64,000 bases of DNA from an uncultured candidate division Zixibacteria bacterium (GTDB lineage Bacteria; Zixibacteria; MSB-5A5; UBA10806; 4484-95), in contig CAXXKA010000004.1 in assembly GCA_963668625.2 (NCBI GenBank), forward strand, positions 96,001 through 160,000. Direction: 5' to 3'. The notes under the pieces are model-generated. The model was given only the letters and a program-made list of their open reading frames with translations, did no database searches and had not been told where the DNA came from. Positions 48,777 to 58,640 of the stretch are shown one piece after another. A program made the position numbers and the translations under genes. How positions within the stretch are numbered: the first letter of the stretch is position 1; every line of letters starts with the position of its first letter.

Positions 48777-49865
48777 TTAAAAACAACCGACAATTTCCTG
48801 TGCCATTTTATCGATATGAATCACTTTATCCGCTAAATCGGCCTCAACAACCGAGCGTGGCATTCCATATACTACGCAGGACTCCTCATTCTGGGCGAAC
48901 ACGCAGCCACCCTTTTCCTTAACCAGGCGTAAACCCTCCATACCATCATTGCCCATTCCGGTTAATATAACTCCCAGGGTACTACGGCCGTGAATTCCGG
49001 CAACGGATTTCATCATGACATTTACGGCGGGTTTATGAAGCGTATCGGTTGGCTCATCGGATAGGAGTATACGGCCTTTAGTGGCTGTTCCCTTCACGAT
49101 CAAATGTTTATCGCCGGGTGCAATATATACGACACCGGGATTCAACGGCTCATCCGCCTCCGCCTCTTTAACCTGAACACTGGAAAGAGAGTTCAATCTA
49201 TCTGCTAGCGATTTCGTGAATGTCGGCGGCATGTGCTGAACGACTGTCACCGGTACCGGCAGGTTTTTAGGTAGTTTCGGGATGATTGCCTGGAGCGCCG
49301 GAGGACCGCCTGTGGATGAACCTATCGCAATGATACTCCTACTACCTTTTCCCTTGCAAACCAGGGTCGTAGTCGGCCCGGTTGGGTATTTTATATTTGC
49401 CGGTTTTGATGCTGACAGCAACGCAGCTTTGGATTGCATACGAACCCTGCTCATCAACAAACGTTTATTCTTGGCGATATGCTTGATTTTCGCCAACAAC
49501 TCCTCTTTGATCTTTACGATATCAAGAGCTACGAAAGAAAGCTGCTTGGGAATAAAATCAACGGCTCCCAGGTTCAATGCGTCCAGGGTTGCCGAGGCGC
49601 CGTCCGTAGTAAGCGAACTTACCATCATAACCGGCGTGGGATTTTTAGCCATGATATGTTTGAGTGCGGTCAAGCCATCCATGCGTGGCATCTCAATATC
49701 CAGCGTAACGACATCAGGTTTGAGCTTTTCTACCAGCTCGACACCTTCCTCTCCATTACGCCCCATGCCGACCACCTTGATATCCGGGTCGGACTCGAGC
49801 ATCATGGAAATAGCTTTCCGCATAAAAGCGGAATCATCTACTACTAGTACTCTTACTTGAGCCAT
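48777..49865 (-). CDS. cheB: Chemotaxis methylesterase
   Basis: REC domain + IGSSTGGP, VQHMP, ILTGMGNDG, VVYGMP. Confidence 0.97.
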   Translation of the reverse strand: MAQVRVLVVDDSAFMRKAISMMLESDPDIKVVGMGRNGEEGVELVEKLKPDVVTLDIEMPRMDGLTALKHIMAKNPTPVMMVSSLTTDGASATLDALNLGAVDFIPKQLSFVALDIVKIKEELLAKIKHIAKNKRLLMSRVRMQSKAALLSASKPANIKYPTGPTTTLVCKGKGSRSIIAIGSSTGGPPALQAIIPKLPKNLPVPVTVVQHMPPTFTKSLADRLNSLSSVQVKEAEADEPLNPGVVYIAPGDKHLIVKGTATKGRILLSDEPTDTLHKPAVNVMMKSVAGIHGRSTLGVILTGMGNDGMEGLRLVKEKGGCVFAQNEESCVVYGMPRSVVEADLADKVIHIDKMAQEIVGCF

Positions 49866-51724
49866 CACCAGGCCTTTGATACTAGATTAAACAAACTAGC
49901 CAGATCGACGATCAATCGAACACGTCCATCTCCCATGATAGTAGCGCCGGCGATACCGGGAGTATCTCCGAGATACTCGCCCATGCTCTTGATTACGACT
50001 TCCTCCTGCCCGATCAATGAATCGACTATTAGGCCGAGTTGCTTTTCGGCCAGTCCGACGACCACTACGCGAATCTGTCCATCGCGGGTCTCATGCTTGT
50101 TGAACAGGACATCCGTTAGCTCTACCAGGGGCAGGATACTATCGCGCAATTTTATCACGGGTTTCTGATTAACGTATTTGATCTGGTTCGGATTTATCAC
50201 CACTGTTTCTTTTACCGAAGTCAGCGGAATAGCGAAGATATCATCACCGCAACGAATAAGTAATCCCTGCACTATAGCCAGTGTCAACGGCAGCTTGATA
50301 GTAACCAGCGAGCCTTTGCCCTCTTCGGTTTCCAGTTCGAGCGTGCCTTTCAGCTTTTCGATATTCGTTTTGACAACATCCATTCCGACGCCGCGTCCGG
50401 AAACGTTGGTGGTTTTGACCGCGGTGGAAAATCCCGGCTGAAGAATGAAATCTATGATCTCTTTATCGGCCAAGGTCTCCAATCGTTCGGGGGTTGTCAG
50501 ACCTTTCTCGATTGCTTTCTTTTTGATAATCTCGAGATTCATTCCCTTGCCGTCATCACGAACCTGTATGATAATGTTATTGCCTTCCTGAAAAGCAGAC
50601 AGGTGTATATTACCGCGTTCGGTTTTCCCGGCTTTGATCCTTTCCTCGGGAGTCTCGACACCGTGATCTACCGAGTTACGGATCAGGTGAACCAGCGGAT
50701 CGTTGATCTCCTCGATCACCGATTTATCCAGTTCCGTCTCCTCGCCCGAGATATGAAGATCGATTTTCTTTTTCAACTCACGGGATAAATCACGGACGAC
50801 ACGGGGATACTTATTGAATACGTTACCGACCTGAAGCATACGCATTTTCATGATCGCCATATGCAGTTCGGTGGTAATAAAATTGATCTGCGAGGCAGCT
50901 TGAGTCAGATGTTCGAACTCGCGGTCGCTTTCGTAACGATGCTGCATTATTCCGGAGGACTGCATCAAGGCGTTTCTACCCAGCACCAGCTCTCCGACCA
51001 TATTCACCAGCGAATCCAGCCTGTCGACTCCAACCCTGATAGTCGAGTCGATTCGTTTCTGGAAATCCTTCTTGGTATTCTTACCGGCCGCCGGAGCTTC
51101 GGCTTTTGCAGCCTCCGCTTTCGGCGCCTGAGCAACCGCTACGGGCTCGGCTGCCTCAGCAGCATGCTCCGGTTCAGCGGCCGCTTCGGTTTCGACTTCG
51201 ACCTCGGCTTCAGGTTCCGCTTCGGCCTCCGCTACTACCGCCTGATCGGATTCTGTCGGAGCCGCTTGAGTTTGAGGTTGTTCGGGCGAGGCGCTTTCAC
51301 CTCCACCACCGGAGTTAACATCACCCTCTTTATATACCATCTCCAGTTTGGCAATGATATCATCCAGTTCGGTACTACCCTGTTTATTTTCGATAATATC
51401 CTGGAGAACGAGTTTCACGAAATCGACCGCCTCCAGTAACACATCCATGATATTCTCGGTTACCTTGATCTCGCCTTTACGCAAGCGATTGAGGACATCC
51501 TCCATGCGATGAGTGAGTCTTGTCAGCTCGGTAAAACCTAAAAAGCCAGAAGTCCCTTTCATCGTATGAGCGCCCCGGAATATTTCGTTCAGAAGGTCAA
51601 GGTTGTCCGGTTCATTTTCAAGTTTAACCAAATTCGAATCGAGCGCATCCACGATCTCATTTGTTTCAACCATGAACTCATCTATAATAGATTGCAACTC
51701 GTCGAGTTCAAAATTATCGCTCAT
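49865..51724 (-). CDS. cheA: Chemotaxis histidine kinase
   Basis: HPt FRGAHTMKG, IRVGVDRLD, HLIRNSVDHG, SGRGVGMDVV, C-terminal CheW domain; Ala/Glu/Pro linker in place of P2. Confidence 0.97.
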   Translation of the reverse strand: MSDNFELDELQSIIDEFMVETNEIVDALDSNLVKLENEPDNLDLLNEIFRGAHTMKGTSGFLGFTELTRLTHRMEDVLNRLRKGEIKVTENIMDVLLEAVDFVKLVLQDIIENKQGSTELDDIIAKLEMVYKEGDVNSGGGGESASPEQPQTQAAPTESDQAVVAEAEAEPEAEVEVETEAAAEPEHAAEAAEPVAVAQAPKAEAAKAEAPAAGKNTKKDFQKRIDSTIRVGVDRLDSLVNMVGELVLGRNALMQSSGIMQHRYESDREFEHLTQAASQINFITTELHMAIMKMRMLQVGNVFNKYPRVVRDLSRELKKKIDLHISGEETELDKSVIEEINDPLVHLIRNSVDHGVETPEERIKAGKTERGNIHLSAFQEGNNIIIQVRDDGKGMNLEIIKKKAIEKGLTTPERLETLADKEIIDFILQPGFSTAVKTTNVSGRGVGMDVVKTNIEKLKGTLELETEEGKGSLVTIKLPLTLAIVQGLLIRCGDDIFAIPLTSVKETVVINPNQIKYVNQKPVIKLRDSILPLVELTDVLFNKHETRDGQIRVVVVGLAEKQLGLIVDSLIGQEEVVIKSMGEYLGDTPGIAGATIMGDGRVRLIVDLASLFNLVSKAW

Positions 51725-51770
51725 CGCACACTCCTATATCTGCAATAATCCTTGCCTGTAATATGCCCTG

Positions 51771-52370
51771 TTACTTAAGACCTGAAAATATCTGGTCTAT
51801 ATCCTCCTGCTGCGTCTTATTCTCACCTGAAACATTCAGGTTCGGATCAAACGCTTTTTGGCGCTTCTTGCTCGGTACGAGTTTATCCGGTTTGATACCC
51901 ACAGCCTTTAGCATGGTGTGAAGCTTACCCTCGACATCATCCAGAAGCGAAATAGCGTGATCGATCTGCTGCGTGGTAATATCCTGGAACTGCAAAGCAT
52001 CCATGATATTATAAGCATCATTGATATTCGCCTCCGAGTTTTTCCCGATACTTTCCAGCAGCTCTTTCAACTGCTCGTTGTTCTCGATCTTGCCTTCCGC
52101 GACAAGCTCTTTCGCCTTGTTGATCTCCGAGGATATATCGGCCTCACGATTACTAATCGATTCGATCATGTCCAGCACCTTGTTAGCGGCGTTCTCGGTC
52201 TGCTCGGTTACCTTCTCGAGCTGCGAGGTGGTAGTCGGCAACTGGTCGGATGATTCCTGCATCGGTTTCTTGATCGAACGGAAAGTCGACATCATGACGC
52301 CGATCGAATCGGTAAGCTCTTTGAGCTCGCTGCGGATCTGCTCCGTTACTTTTGACTTATTCTCTGCCAT
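51771..52370 (-). CDS. cheZ: CheZ-family phosphatase
   Basis: VTEQTENAANKVLD, ALQFQDITTQQI (DxxxQ), C-terminal QEDIDQIF peptide. Confidence 0.85.
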   Translation of the reverse strand: MAENKSKVTEQIRSELKELTDSIGVMMSTFRSIKKPMQESSDQLPTTTSQLEKVTEQTENAANKVLDMIESISNREADISSEINKAKELVAEGKIENNEQLKELLESIGKNSEANINDAYNIMDALQFQDITTQQIDHAISLLDDVEGKLHTMLKAVGIKPDKLVPSKKRQKAFDPNLNVSGENKTQQEDIDQIFSGLK

Positions 52371-52380
52371 GATACTCCCC

Positions 52381-52776
52381 CTATACGCTCTCTAATACCT
52401 TGTTGATCTTCTCAGCAAGGGTCTCAGGAGTAAATGGTTTGACAATGTAATTATTCACTCCGGCTTTCATAGCCTCGATAATATCCTCCTTGACCGACCT
52501 GGTAGTAACCATTAAAACAGGCATCGACTGCAGATCGGGATCGGATCTCATAGTGCTAACGAAAGTTAAGCCATCCATCTCCGGCATATTCCAGTCGGTG
52601 ATAACGAAATTGAAATTATCGGTTTTCAGCTTGGCCAGCGCGTCTTTGCCGTCCGATGCCTCGACGACATCCTCGAAACCGGCGCGCTTCAATGTGTTGA
52701 TGATGATCCTTCGCATCGTCGGAGAATCATCAACTGCCAGTATTTTTAAGTCAGCAGCCAACTTACTACCCTCCAT
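52381..52776 (-). CDS. cheY: Chemotaxis response regulator
   Basis: VDDSPTMRRII, ITDWNMPEMDG, VLMVT, YIVKPFT; true start may be TTG 52761. Confidence 0.92.
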   Translation of the reverse strand: MEGSKLAADLKILAVDDSPTMRRIIINTLKRAGFEDVVEASDGKDALAKLKTDNFNFVITDWNMPEMDGLTFVSTMRSDPDLQSMPVLMVTTRSVKEDIIEAMKAGVNNYIVKPFTPETLAEKINKVLESV

Positions 52777-53166
52777 TTATGTAGGTTGTTTTATTTGCAA
52801 AAATTTGGAAACCTCAGCCAACAAAACATTCGGCTTGAACGGTTTCACCAGGTAGGATGTCGCCCCTACCTCATCTCCCAGCTTCTTATCCTTCTCCTCC
52901 TCTTCCGAGGATAAAATTATAATCGGCAACTGCCGGTATTGCTGGTTTTCTCTGACGGTCTTGATGAACTCGTAGCCATCAACGTTCGGCATATTCAGAT
53001 CAGTGATAATCAAATCTACCCCGTCAGGCATCGCTGAAAGTTTCTCCAGCGCATCCATACCATCGGTAGCGGTCACGACTTTCAGGCCGGCAGACCTCAA
53101 AGCGAACGATACGAATTTTACCACCGTCGGGGAATCATCCACTGCCATTACTGTATAATCAGCCAT
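52777..53166 (-). CDS. Second CheY-like single-domain response regulator
   Basis: VDDS, ITDLNMP, YLVKPF. Confidence 0.88.
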   Translation of the reverse strand: MADYTVMAVDDSPTVVKFVSFALRSAGLKVVTATDGMDALEKLSAMPDGVDLIITDLNMPNVDGYEFIKTVRENQQYRQLPIIILSSEEEEKDKKLGDEVGATSYLVKPFKPNVLLAEVSKFLQIKQPT

Positions 53167-53181
53167 ACTGTCACCCCTATG

Positions 53182-54108
53182 TTAATCCTTTTTGTAAACA
53201 AGCCCGTTTTTAAGATAAACCAACTTGAAGGCCTTGCTGATTCCATGGAGAGATTCGGAATGTCCGATAAAATAATACCCTCCTTTGACAAGACTGTTGT
53301 AAAAGAATTTGGTTATCTTACGTTTCACATCATCTGAAAAGTATATCGTAACATTTCTGCAAAATATTATATCCACGTTCTTCACCAGCGACATTTTTAA
53401 TTGATCGGTCATATTAATTTGCGAGAATTTAACCATCCGTTTGATATCATCATTGATCCTATAAACCGAACCTGTTTTGGTAAAGTGCTTATCAATATAA
53501 GGTTTAGGCGTGGTTCTGAGTGCCAGTTCGTGATAAATGCCTTTTCTCGCGGCTTGAAGTACGTTTTCGGATATATCGTTGGCGATGATCTCGCAATTGA
53601 AACCTTTCAACTGGATTTCCTTCTCTCTGAGATACATCGCGATAGTATAAGGTTCTTCACCCGTCGAACAACCGGCGCTCCAAATTCTAAGAGTTTTATT
53701 ATGTGATTTATTCTTCTCGTCTATCACCAACGGCAACACCTCATCGGAAAACGCTTTCAACTGCGGCAGATTCCTGAAAAACGACGTCTCGTTAGTGGTC
53801 AGAAGATTCATCAGCATGTTGAACTCTTTCATGGTGGTATCGTATTTGACCATATAGAAATAGTCTTTGTAGCTTTTGATACCGAGTTCTTTCATACGAT
53901 TGGCGAGCCTGTTTTTCACCAGATACATCTTGGCCTCCGGGAAATACATACCCGACTTCTCATGTACGAAATCCCGAAATTGAATAAACTCTTCCATCTT
54001 CATCTCCACGCCTGCCTTGAAAGCCGAGGGTGGAGGGACGGACGGCGCTTTCTGCTGCACTGGCGCAGCCGCCGGTTTTGGTTTAGCTAGTGTATTTTGA
54101 AGAGCCAT
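53182..54108 (-). CDS. cheR: Chemotaxis methyltransferase
   Basis: TTNETSFFR, IWSAGCSTGEEPY, IFCRNV, IGHSES. Confidence 0.96.
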   Translation of the reverse strand: MALQNTLAKPKPAAAPVQQKAPSVPPPSAFKAGVEMKMEEFIQFRDFVHEKSGMYFPEAKMYLVKNRLANRMKELGIKSYKDYFYMVKYDTTMKEFNMLMNLLTTNETSFFRNLPQLKAFSDEVLPLVIDEKNKSHNKTLRIWSAGCSTGEEPYTIAMYLREKEIQLKGFNCEIIANDISENVLQAARKGIYHELALRTTPKPYIDKHFTKTGSVYRINDDIKRMVKFSQINMTDQLKMSLVKNVDIIFCRNVTIYFSDDVKRKITKFFYNSLVKGGYYFIGHSESLHGISKAFKLVYLKNGLVYKKD

Positions 54109-54165
54109 TTTTCACCCGCATTTCATTAAGTTTTACTAAGTTGCCCCATCCTTTTATAGGATTCC

Positions 54166-54609
54166 CTATTCATTGCCCGAGACAGCATTTGCTTTTTTGG
54201 GAACGTAACCGCTTTCGGTCCTCGCCCGGTATTCGGAGATCGCCTTGCCTACGGCCTCGCTTAACTCGGCAATTTTAAAAGGCTTTATCAAATAATCGAA
54301 AACTCCGTTGCGAATCGATTCGATCGCGCTGTTCATCGAGGGGTAAGCTGTCATGATTATTACCGGTATCGAAGGCAGCCGCTGTTGAAGTATGCCGGTG
54401 AATTCTACTCCATCTATCTCCGGCATTTTCAAATCAACGAGCGCCACTTCGAACTCGATACTATCGAGCATCGCAACGGCCTTCTTGCCGTTTTCGGCAA
54501 GATGTACGTTGTAGCCTTCTGAGGTCAGGAAATCGAACAGAAGATCCCTGATCAACAACTCGTCATCCACAACCAGAACACCCGATTTATTTAATTTATC
54601 TTGATTCAA
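54166..54609 (-). CDS. Single-domain response regulator
   Basis: LVVDDE, LVDLKMP, IMTAY, YLIKPF; TTG start at 54609 inferred. Confidence 0.82.
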   Translation of the reverse strand: MNQDKLNKSGVLVVDDELLIRDLLFDFLTSEGYNVHLAENGKKAVAMLDSIEFEVALVDLKMPEIDGVEFTGILQQRLPSIPVIIMTAYPSMNSAIESIRNGVFDYLIKPFKIAELSEAVGKAISEYRARTESGYVPKKANAVSGNE

Positions 54610-56434
54610 GAGCTTCCTTTGCAGAATTGGCGATATCTTCGTTATCGCTTTCACTGAATTTGCGCAACTGATCGGTAGCCCGCTGATCATCATAAGTTCC
54701 GATCAAATTCACTATCGCGATTTGAACGAACGGCGGTTGCTCGTTGAATATCTCCAGTAGTTTATCCAGCGATGTTTTATCCTCTATTGAGGCCAGGGCG
54801 TTTATCGTATAGAATCTCACCCACATGTCGCCGTCGTCCAACAACACTTTTATATTTTCGGCGGCTTCCGCCCCCTTGATAGTGATATAGGCGTCGACAA
54901 CAGCTTTTCTTACTTCGGGATTTTCATCGGACAATAATAGTATCAGGCTTTCCTCGAGCTTCGAGTAGTTCATCTTGGCCAAACCCGTAATCGAATGATG
55001 CCTGACCTCGGCTTCCTCGTGATTCAGCGCCTCGACCATTATCTCGATCGATTCATCCTCGCCTATCCAGCCGAGTCCCCTGACCGCCAGTATTTTACTT
55101 TCGACATCCTCGCCGTGCGCCAGGTTATTTTTGAATATCTCTATAGCCTTCTGTCCGCCTATCAACACCAGCGAACCAAGCGTAGCCTCCCTGACATCGG
55201 GATACTCGTCATTCAGATGTTCGGCTATCTGCTCGACATACGCCTCATCGGCAACCAGCCCAAGCGAGTTAATCGCCTGCGCCCGGACATGACCGACCTC
55301 ATCTTTGGTCAAGTCCAGAAGAGTTTGGATGGATTCCTGGTTGGAGTACTTATTGAGCGTTTTGGCCACGGCCATACGAACATCGGGATTTTCCGATTTT
55401 GCCTGGTTTAAAATGACATCCAAAAGCTCCGGCGATTTCAAGAATGATGAGACCTCGATCAATACGATACGGCTCTCATCGCGGGCATTTTTTAAGCCCT
55501 CGACAAACCTGTTAATTCCGGAATTACCGCAAATCCTCAAAGCTCCCTGAGCAAGATTGATAATCTCCTCATTATCGGAATCGAGAGAATCTACCAGGGC
55601 GCCGACGACTTTATCGCCGCTCCAGAACGCCAGTTCGCTGAGTACCGCTTTTTTGACATCCATATCATCACTGGCAGCCGCTTCAACGAGGTAGTCTATG
55701 AACCTGCCGCCGGTGACATTGAATAAATCTTCGCGGTTTCCCGTACCGGCTATTTTCAGTACCGTTGTTAATACCACATTCCTGAGTTCGGGATTACCGA
55801 CCTTAAGAAGATTTATAAGTTTATTTATAGCTTTCGATGATCCTATTTTGCCTACCGCCTCTACAGCGGCATAGGCCAGCACGACATTGTCCGAGTCGAG
55901 TATTATCGAGAGCTCGGGTAATGCTTCATCCGAACCGATTTTGCCCAGCGACTCAACCGCCTGCAAACTCGAATCGGGATGACTCTTCATGCATTTGATG
56001 AGGGAATTCACCGCTCGGGCCTCTCCGATATGTCCGAGAGCCTCGGCGGCCGAACCAACGACGTTTTCGTTCTTGTCATCAAGCATATTTTCTAAAACTG
56101 AAATGAATTCCGTATCTTTTATCAGCGCCATTATATCAGCAACGAATTTCCGGACATCATGATCCGGTGACTTTGCCTCTTTGATGAGGGCCTTACTGGC
56201 AACACTGCCCATTTTAACCAGCACCTCGGCAACCAGATTTCGTAGGGATATATCAGGATCGGATAACAGCGCGCATAACTGCTCGGCAGCCTCCGGTGTA
56301 GGGTTGGATGACAACTCATAAGCGGCATCCTCCCGCACCATTCGATCGGAGTCTTTAAGCTTTAATACGTTTTCGTTTAAAGCAACATCCGATGCTGCAC
56401 CTGGCTTAAGTAAAGTCGTAGATGTGGGCGACAT
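54596..56434 (-). CDS. HEAT-repeat protein
   Basis: Repeated (D/E)VRxxAxxxLG helical units over the whole length. Confidence 0.9.
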   Translation of the reverse strand: MSPTSTTLLKPGAASDVALNENVLKLKDSDRMVREDAAYELSSNPTPEAAEQLCALLSDPDISLRNLVAEVLVKMGSVASKALIKEAKSPDHDVRKFVADIMALIKDTEFISVLENMLDDKNENVVGSAAEALGHIGEARAVNSLIKCMKSHPDSSLQAVESLGKIGSDEALPELSIILDSDNVVLAYAAVEAVGKIGSSKAINKLINLLKVGNPELRNVVLTTVLKIAGTGNREDLFNVTGGRFIDYLVEAAASDDMDVKKAVLSELAFWSGDKVVGALVDSLDSDNEEIINLAQGALRICGNSGINRFVEGLKNARDESRIVLIEVSSFLKSPELLDVILNQAKSENPDVRMAVAKTLNKYSNQESIQTLLDLTKDEVGHVRAQAINSLGLVADEAYVEQIAEHLNDEYPDVREATLGSLVLIGGQKAIEIFKNNLAHGEDVESKILAVRGLGWIGEDESIEIMVEALNHEEAEVRHHSITGLAKMNYSKLEESLILLLSDENPEVRKAVVDAYITIKGAEAAENIKVLLDDGDMWVRFYTINALASIEDKTSLDKLLEIFNEQPPFVQIAIVNLIGTYDDQRATDQLRKFSESDNEDIANSAKEALESR

Positions 56435-56451
56435 TTTTCCCCCCGTCTATA

Positions 56452-56784
56452 TTAAAAGCTGGAAATTGCTTGCTTCTCATCTGGAAATATTTCGAAAATG
56501 TTCGTTAACTGAGTGATATCGAAAATCTCTTTTACATAAGGCGCCAAATTCGTAAGACGCATATTGCCCTGAGAATTTCTCACCTCTTTAAGTATAGATA
56601 CCAGTGCGCCCAGGCCGGAGCTGTTTATGAAATCGACCTTATCCATGTTTAAAATCATGTTCTTGGCTTCCCCCGCCAATACTTCTTTGGATACCTCTTT
56701 GAGGGACGACGCGCTGGTCAGATCAAGTCTGCCATGAAGGCATAGAACCGCGACATTGCCCTCTAAACGTTTCTGAATATCCAT
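56452..56784 (-). CDS. STAS anti-anti-sigma factor (RsbV/SpoIIAA-like)
   Basis: GRLD, VDFINSSGLGALV with phosphorylatable Ser. Confidence 0.92.
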   Translation of the reverse strand: MDIQKRLEGNVAVLCLHGRLDLTSASSLKEVSKEVLAGEAKNMILNMDKVDFINSSGLGALVSILKEVRNSQGNMRLTNLAPYVKEIFDITQLTNIFEIFPDEKQAISSF

Positions 56785-56800
56785 ATCAACCTCCAAGTAT

Positions 56801-57235
56801 TTATTTATTCTCTATCTTTTGTTCAGCCCTGGTTGAAAATTCCATGTACACTTCGAATTTATTATTTTCATGTTTATTGAATTCCACCTTGTCGGATAGT
56901 TTTTTTATAATCCGTAAACCCCTTCCAGATTCTGCTGTCTCCGATGGAAAATCGTTCCATTTTATTGTTTTATCGGCAAAACCTGAACCGTCATTGATAA
57001 TTGATGCAACAAACTTATTGTTATTGAAACAGAAGTTAAATTCGACCAGGGCATTACCTGAATCTTTATCGCAATACAAAAAAGCGTTATTGAATGCTTC
57101 AGAAAGAGCGGTGCGAATTCTATAACTCGTCTTATCATCCTTGATCAGATTCCGGGTGACTGTCTCGAAAATCTCCTCAGCCAGGCTAACCGAGGAAATG
57201 GTGACCGGAAATATAACCCTTACCTTATTGGTCAT
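56801..57235 (-). CDS. Anti-sigma factor / Ser kinase (RsbW/SpoIIAB-like)
   Basis: LSEAFNNA, NDGSGF, ESGRGLRII. Confidence 0.85.
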   Translation of the reverse strand: MTNKVRVIFPVTISSVSLAEEIFETVTRNLIKDDKTSYRIRTALSEAFNNAFLYCDKDSGNALVEFNFCFNNNKFVASIINDGSGFADKTIKWNDFPSETAESGRGLRIIKKLSDKVEFNKHENNKFEVYMEFSTRAEQKIENK

Positions 57236-58548
57236 TTTTTCACCTCGATTAATAATAGGGTGGTATCATCTACTCGCCCCTGGTCGAATGAGTATTCGAT
57301 CAAAAGGTCTTTCAGCTTTTTGGAAAACTCTGGCCAGTCATCATCCTTATTTTGTTTGAAAAACTCCAGCGAGCCGGCCAATCCCAGCATCTCGCCCTCG
57401 GAATTGACACATTCGAAAATACCGTCGGTGTAAACTATCAACCTGTCGCCTTTGGAAATCTTCACTATGGATTCGGTATATTCCAACTCGGGGAACTGGC
57501 CGACGAATGGACCACCTGTTTTAAGCGATTCGAAACCATCCTTTTTAAACAGGTAGCTCGGAGGATGACCGGCGTTGACTGTTTGAAGAGTATGTTCTTT
57601 CATATCTATCAAGCTGAAAAACATAGTTACGAACATCCCGCCTACATTCGTCATATCTCGGCTCAGATGTTCATTAACTTTGGATACCATATCAGCCAGC
57701 GACTCCATAGAGCCAGCCAGTACTCTTACATATGATCTCACCGAGGTCATAATCAAGGCCGCCGGAATACCCTTGTTCGAGACATCCCCGACGACTATTA
57801 GATATTTCTCATCCCCCATCCCGATTATATCGTAGAAATCACCGCCTACCTGACCGGCCATGTCATAATATGTATGTATTTTTAAACTTTCGTTTTCAAC
57901 AAGGTTGGAGGGCATCAGGGTACTTTGCACATGTTCTGCTATCTGCAACTCGTTTTCCAGCTTCTGGCTGGCTAACGCCTCATGGTGAAGAACCGCGTTT
58001 TTAACCGCCACAGCCGCGAAACTGCCGATCAAATCGAGAGAGAGATTATCGTCGGAGTCGAACTCCTCATCATCTTCCTTATTAGCGATTGCAATTACTC
58101 CTAAAACCTCATCCTGAGATTTCAGGGGCGCGACGATGATCGAGTTGATATTGATAGCAAGATTCTCGACAATTCCATTAATCTGGTAATCAAGATTGTT
58201 AAGCGCCACGACCTCGCCGGTTTCCTTGACTTCATCGATAATACTTTTACCCGACTCGGCCTTGATCTGATTGACGATTTGGATATTTAATCCCCAGCTT
58301 ACTGATTTTGGCTTACCCTCATAATCGAATATCAGGACCTCGCCAACTTCGCCTTTTACCAGACTAAGCGCCGTCTCGATAACCGTCGGAAGGATAATAT
58401 CAAGATTTAGATATGAGGTAAATGCCGAGCCTATGCGTGAGATATCGAGTACTTTGTTAATCTGGTCCTCGAGGCTATCCTCGAGTTGCACCAGTCGTTG
58501 CTCGAGTACCTCGCCAAGTTGAAAGATGTTTTCCATTGATTCAGACAT
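57232..58548 (-). CDS. GAF + SpoIIE/PP2C phosphatase (RsbU/RsbP-like)
   Basis: VGGDFYD, GDVSNKGIPAAL, NAGH, YTDG, DDTT. Confidence 0.92.
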   Translation of the reverse strand: MSESMENIFQLGEVLEQRLVQLEDSLEDQINKVLDISRIGSAFTSYLNLDIILPTVIETALSLVKGEVGEVLIFDYEGKPKSVSWGLNIQIVNQIKAESGKSIIDEVKETGEVVALNNLDYQINGIVENLAININSIIVAPLKSQDEVLGVIAIANKEDDEEFDSDDNLSLDLIGSFAAVAVKNAVLHHEALASQKLENELQIAEHVQSTLMPSNLVENESLKIHTYYDMAGQVGGDFYDIIGMGDEKYLIVVGDVSNKGIPAALIMTSVRSYVRVLAGSMESLADMVSKVNEHLSRDMTNVGGMFVTMFFSLIDMKEHTLQTVNAGHPPSYLFKKDGFESLKTGGPFVGQFPELEYTESIVKISKGDRLIVYTDGIFECVNSEGEMLGLAGSLEFFKQNKDDDWPEFSKKLKDLLIEYSFDQGRVDDTTLLLIEVKK

Positions 58549-58567
58549 ATTTTCACTCCTGATAAAC

Positions 58568-58594
58568 TAATCGGCCTTTTCTCTGGGGAGGTTA
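58568..58594 (-). promoter_or_regulatory. Putative sigma28 promoter of the partner-switch/chemotaxis operon
   Basis: TAAC-N15-GCCGATTA about 20 bp upstream of the start codon. Confidence 0.65.
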
Positions 58595-58640
58595 AAAGGA
58601 TGCTGATTTTATATGCTTATTATACGATTTTTGAAACAGG

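Noticed and set aside
36143-55550. Long antisense ORFs (e.g. 36143-36736, 37552-38169, 49282-49860, 50861-51439, 54995-55411)
   Set aside because: They lie wholly opposite well-supported genes and lack motifs; shadow ORFs.
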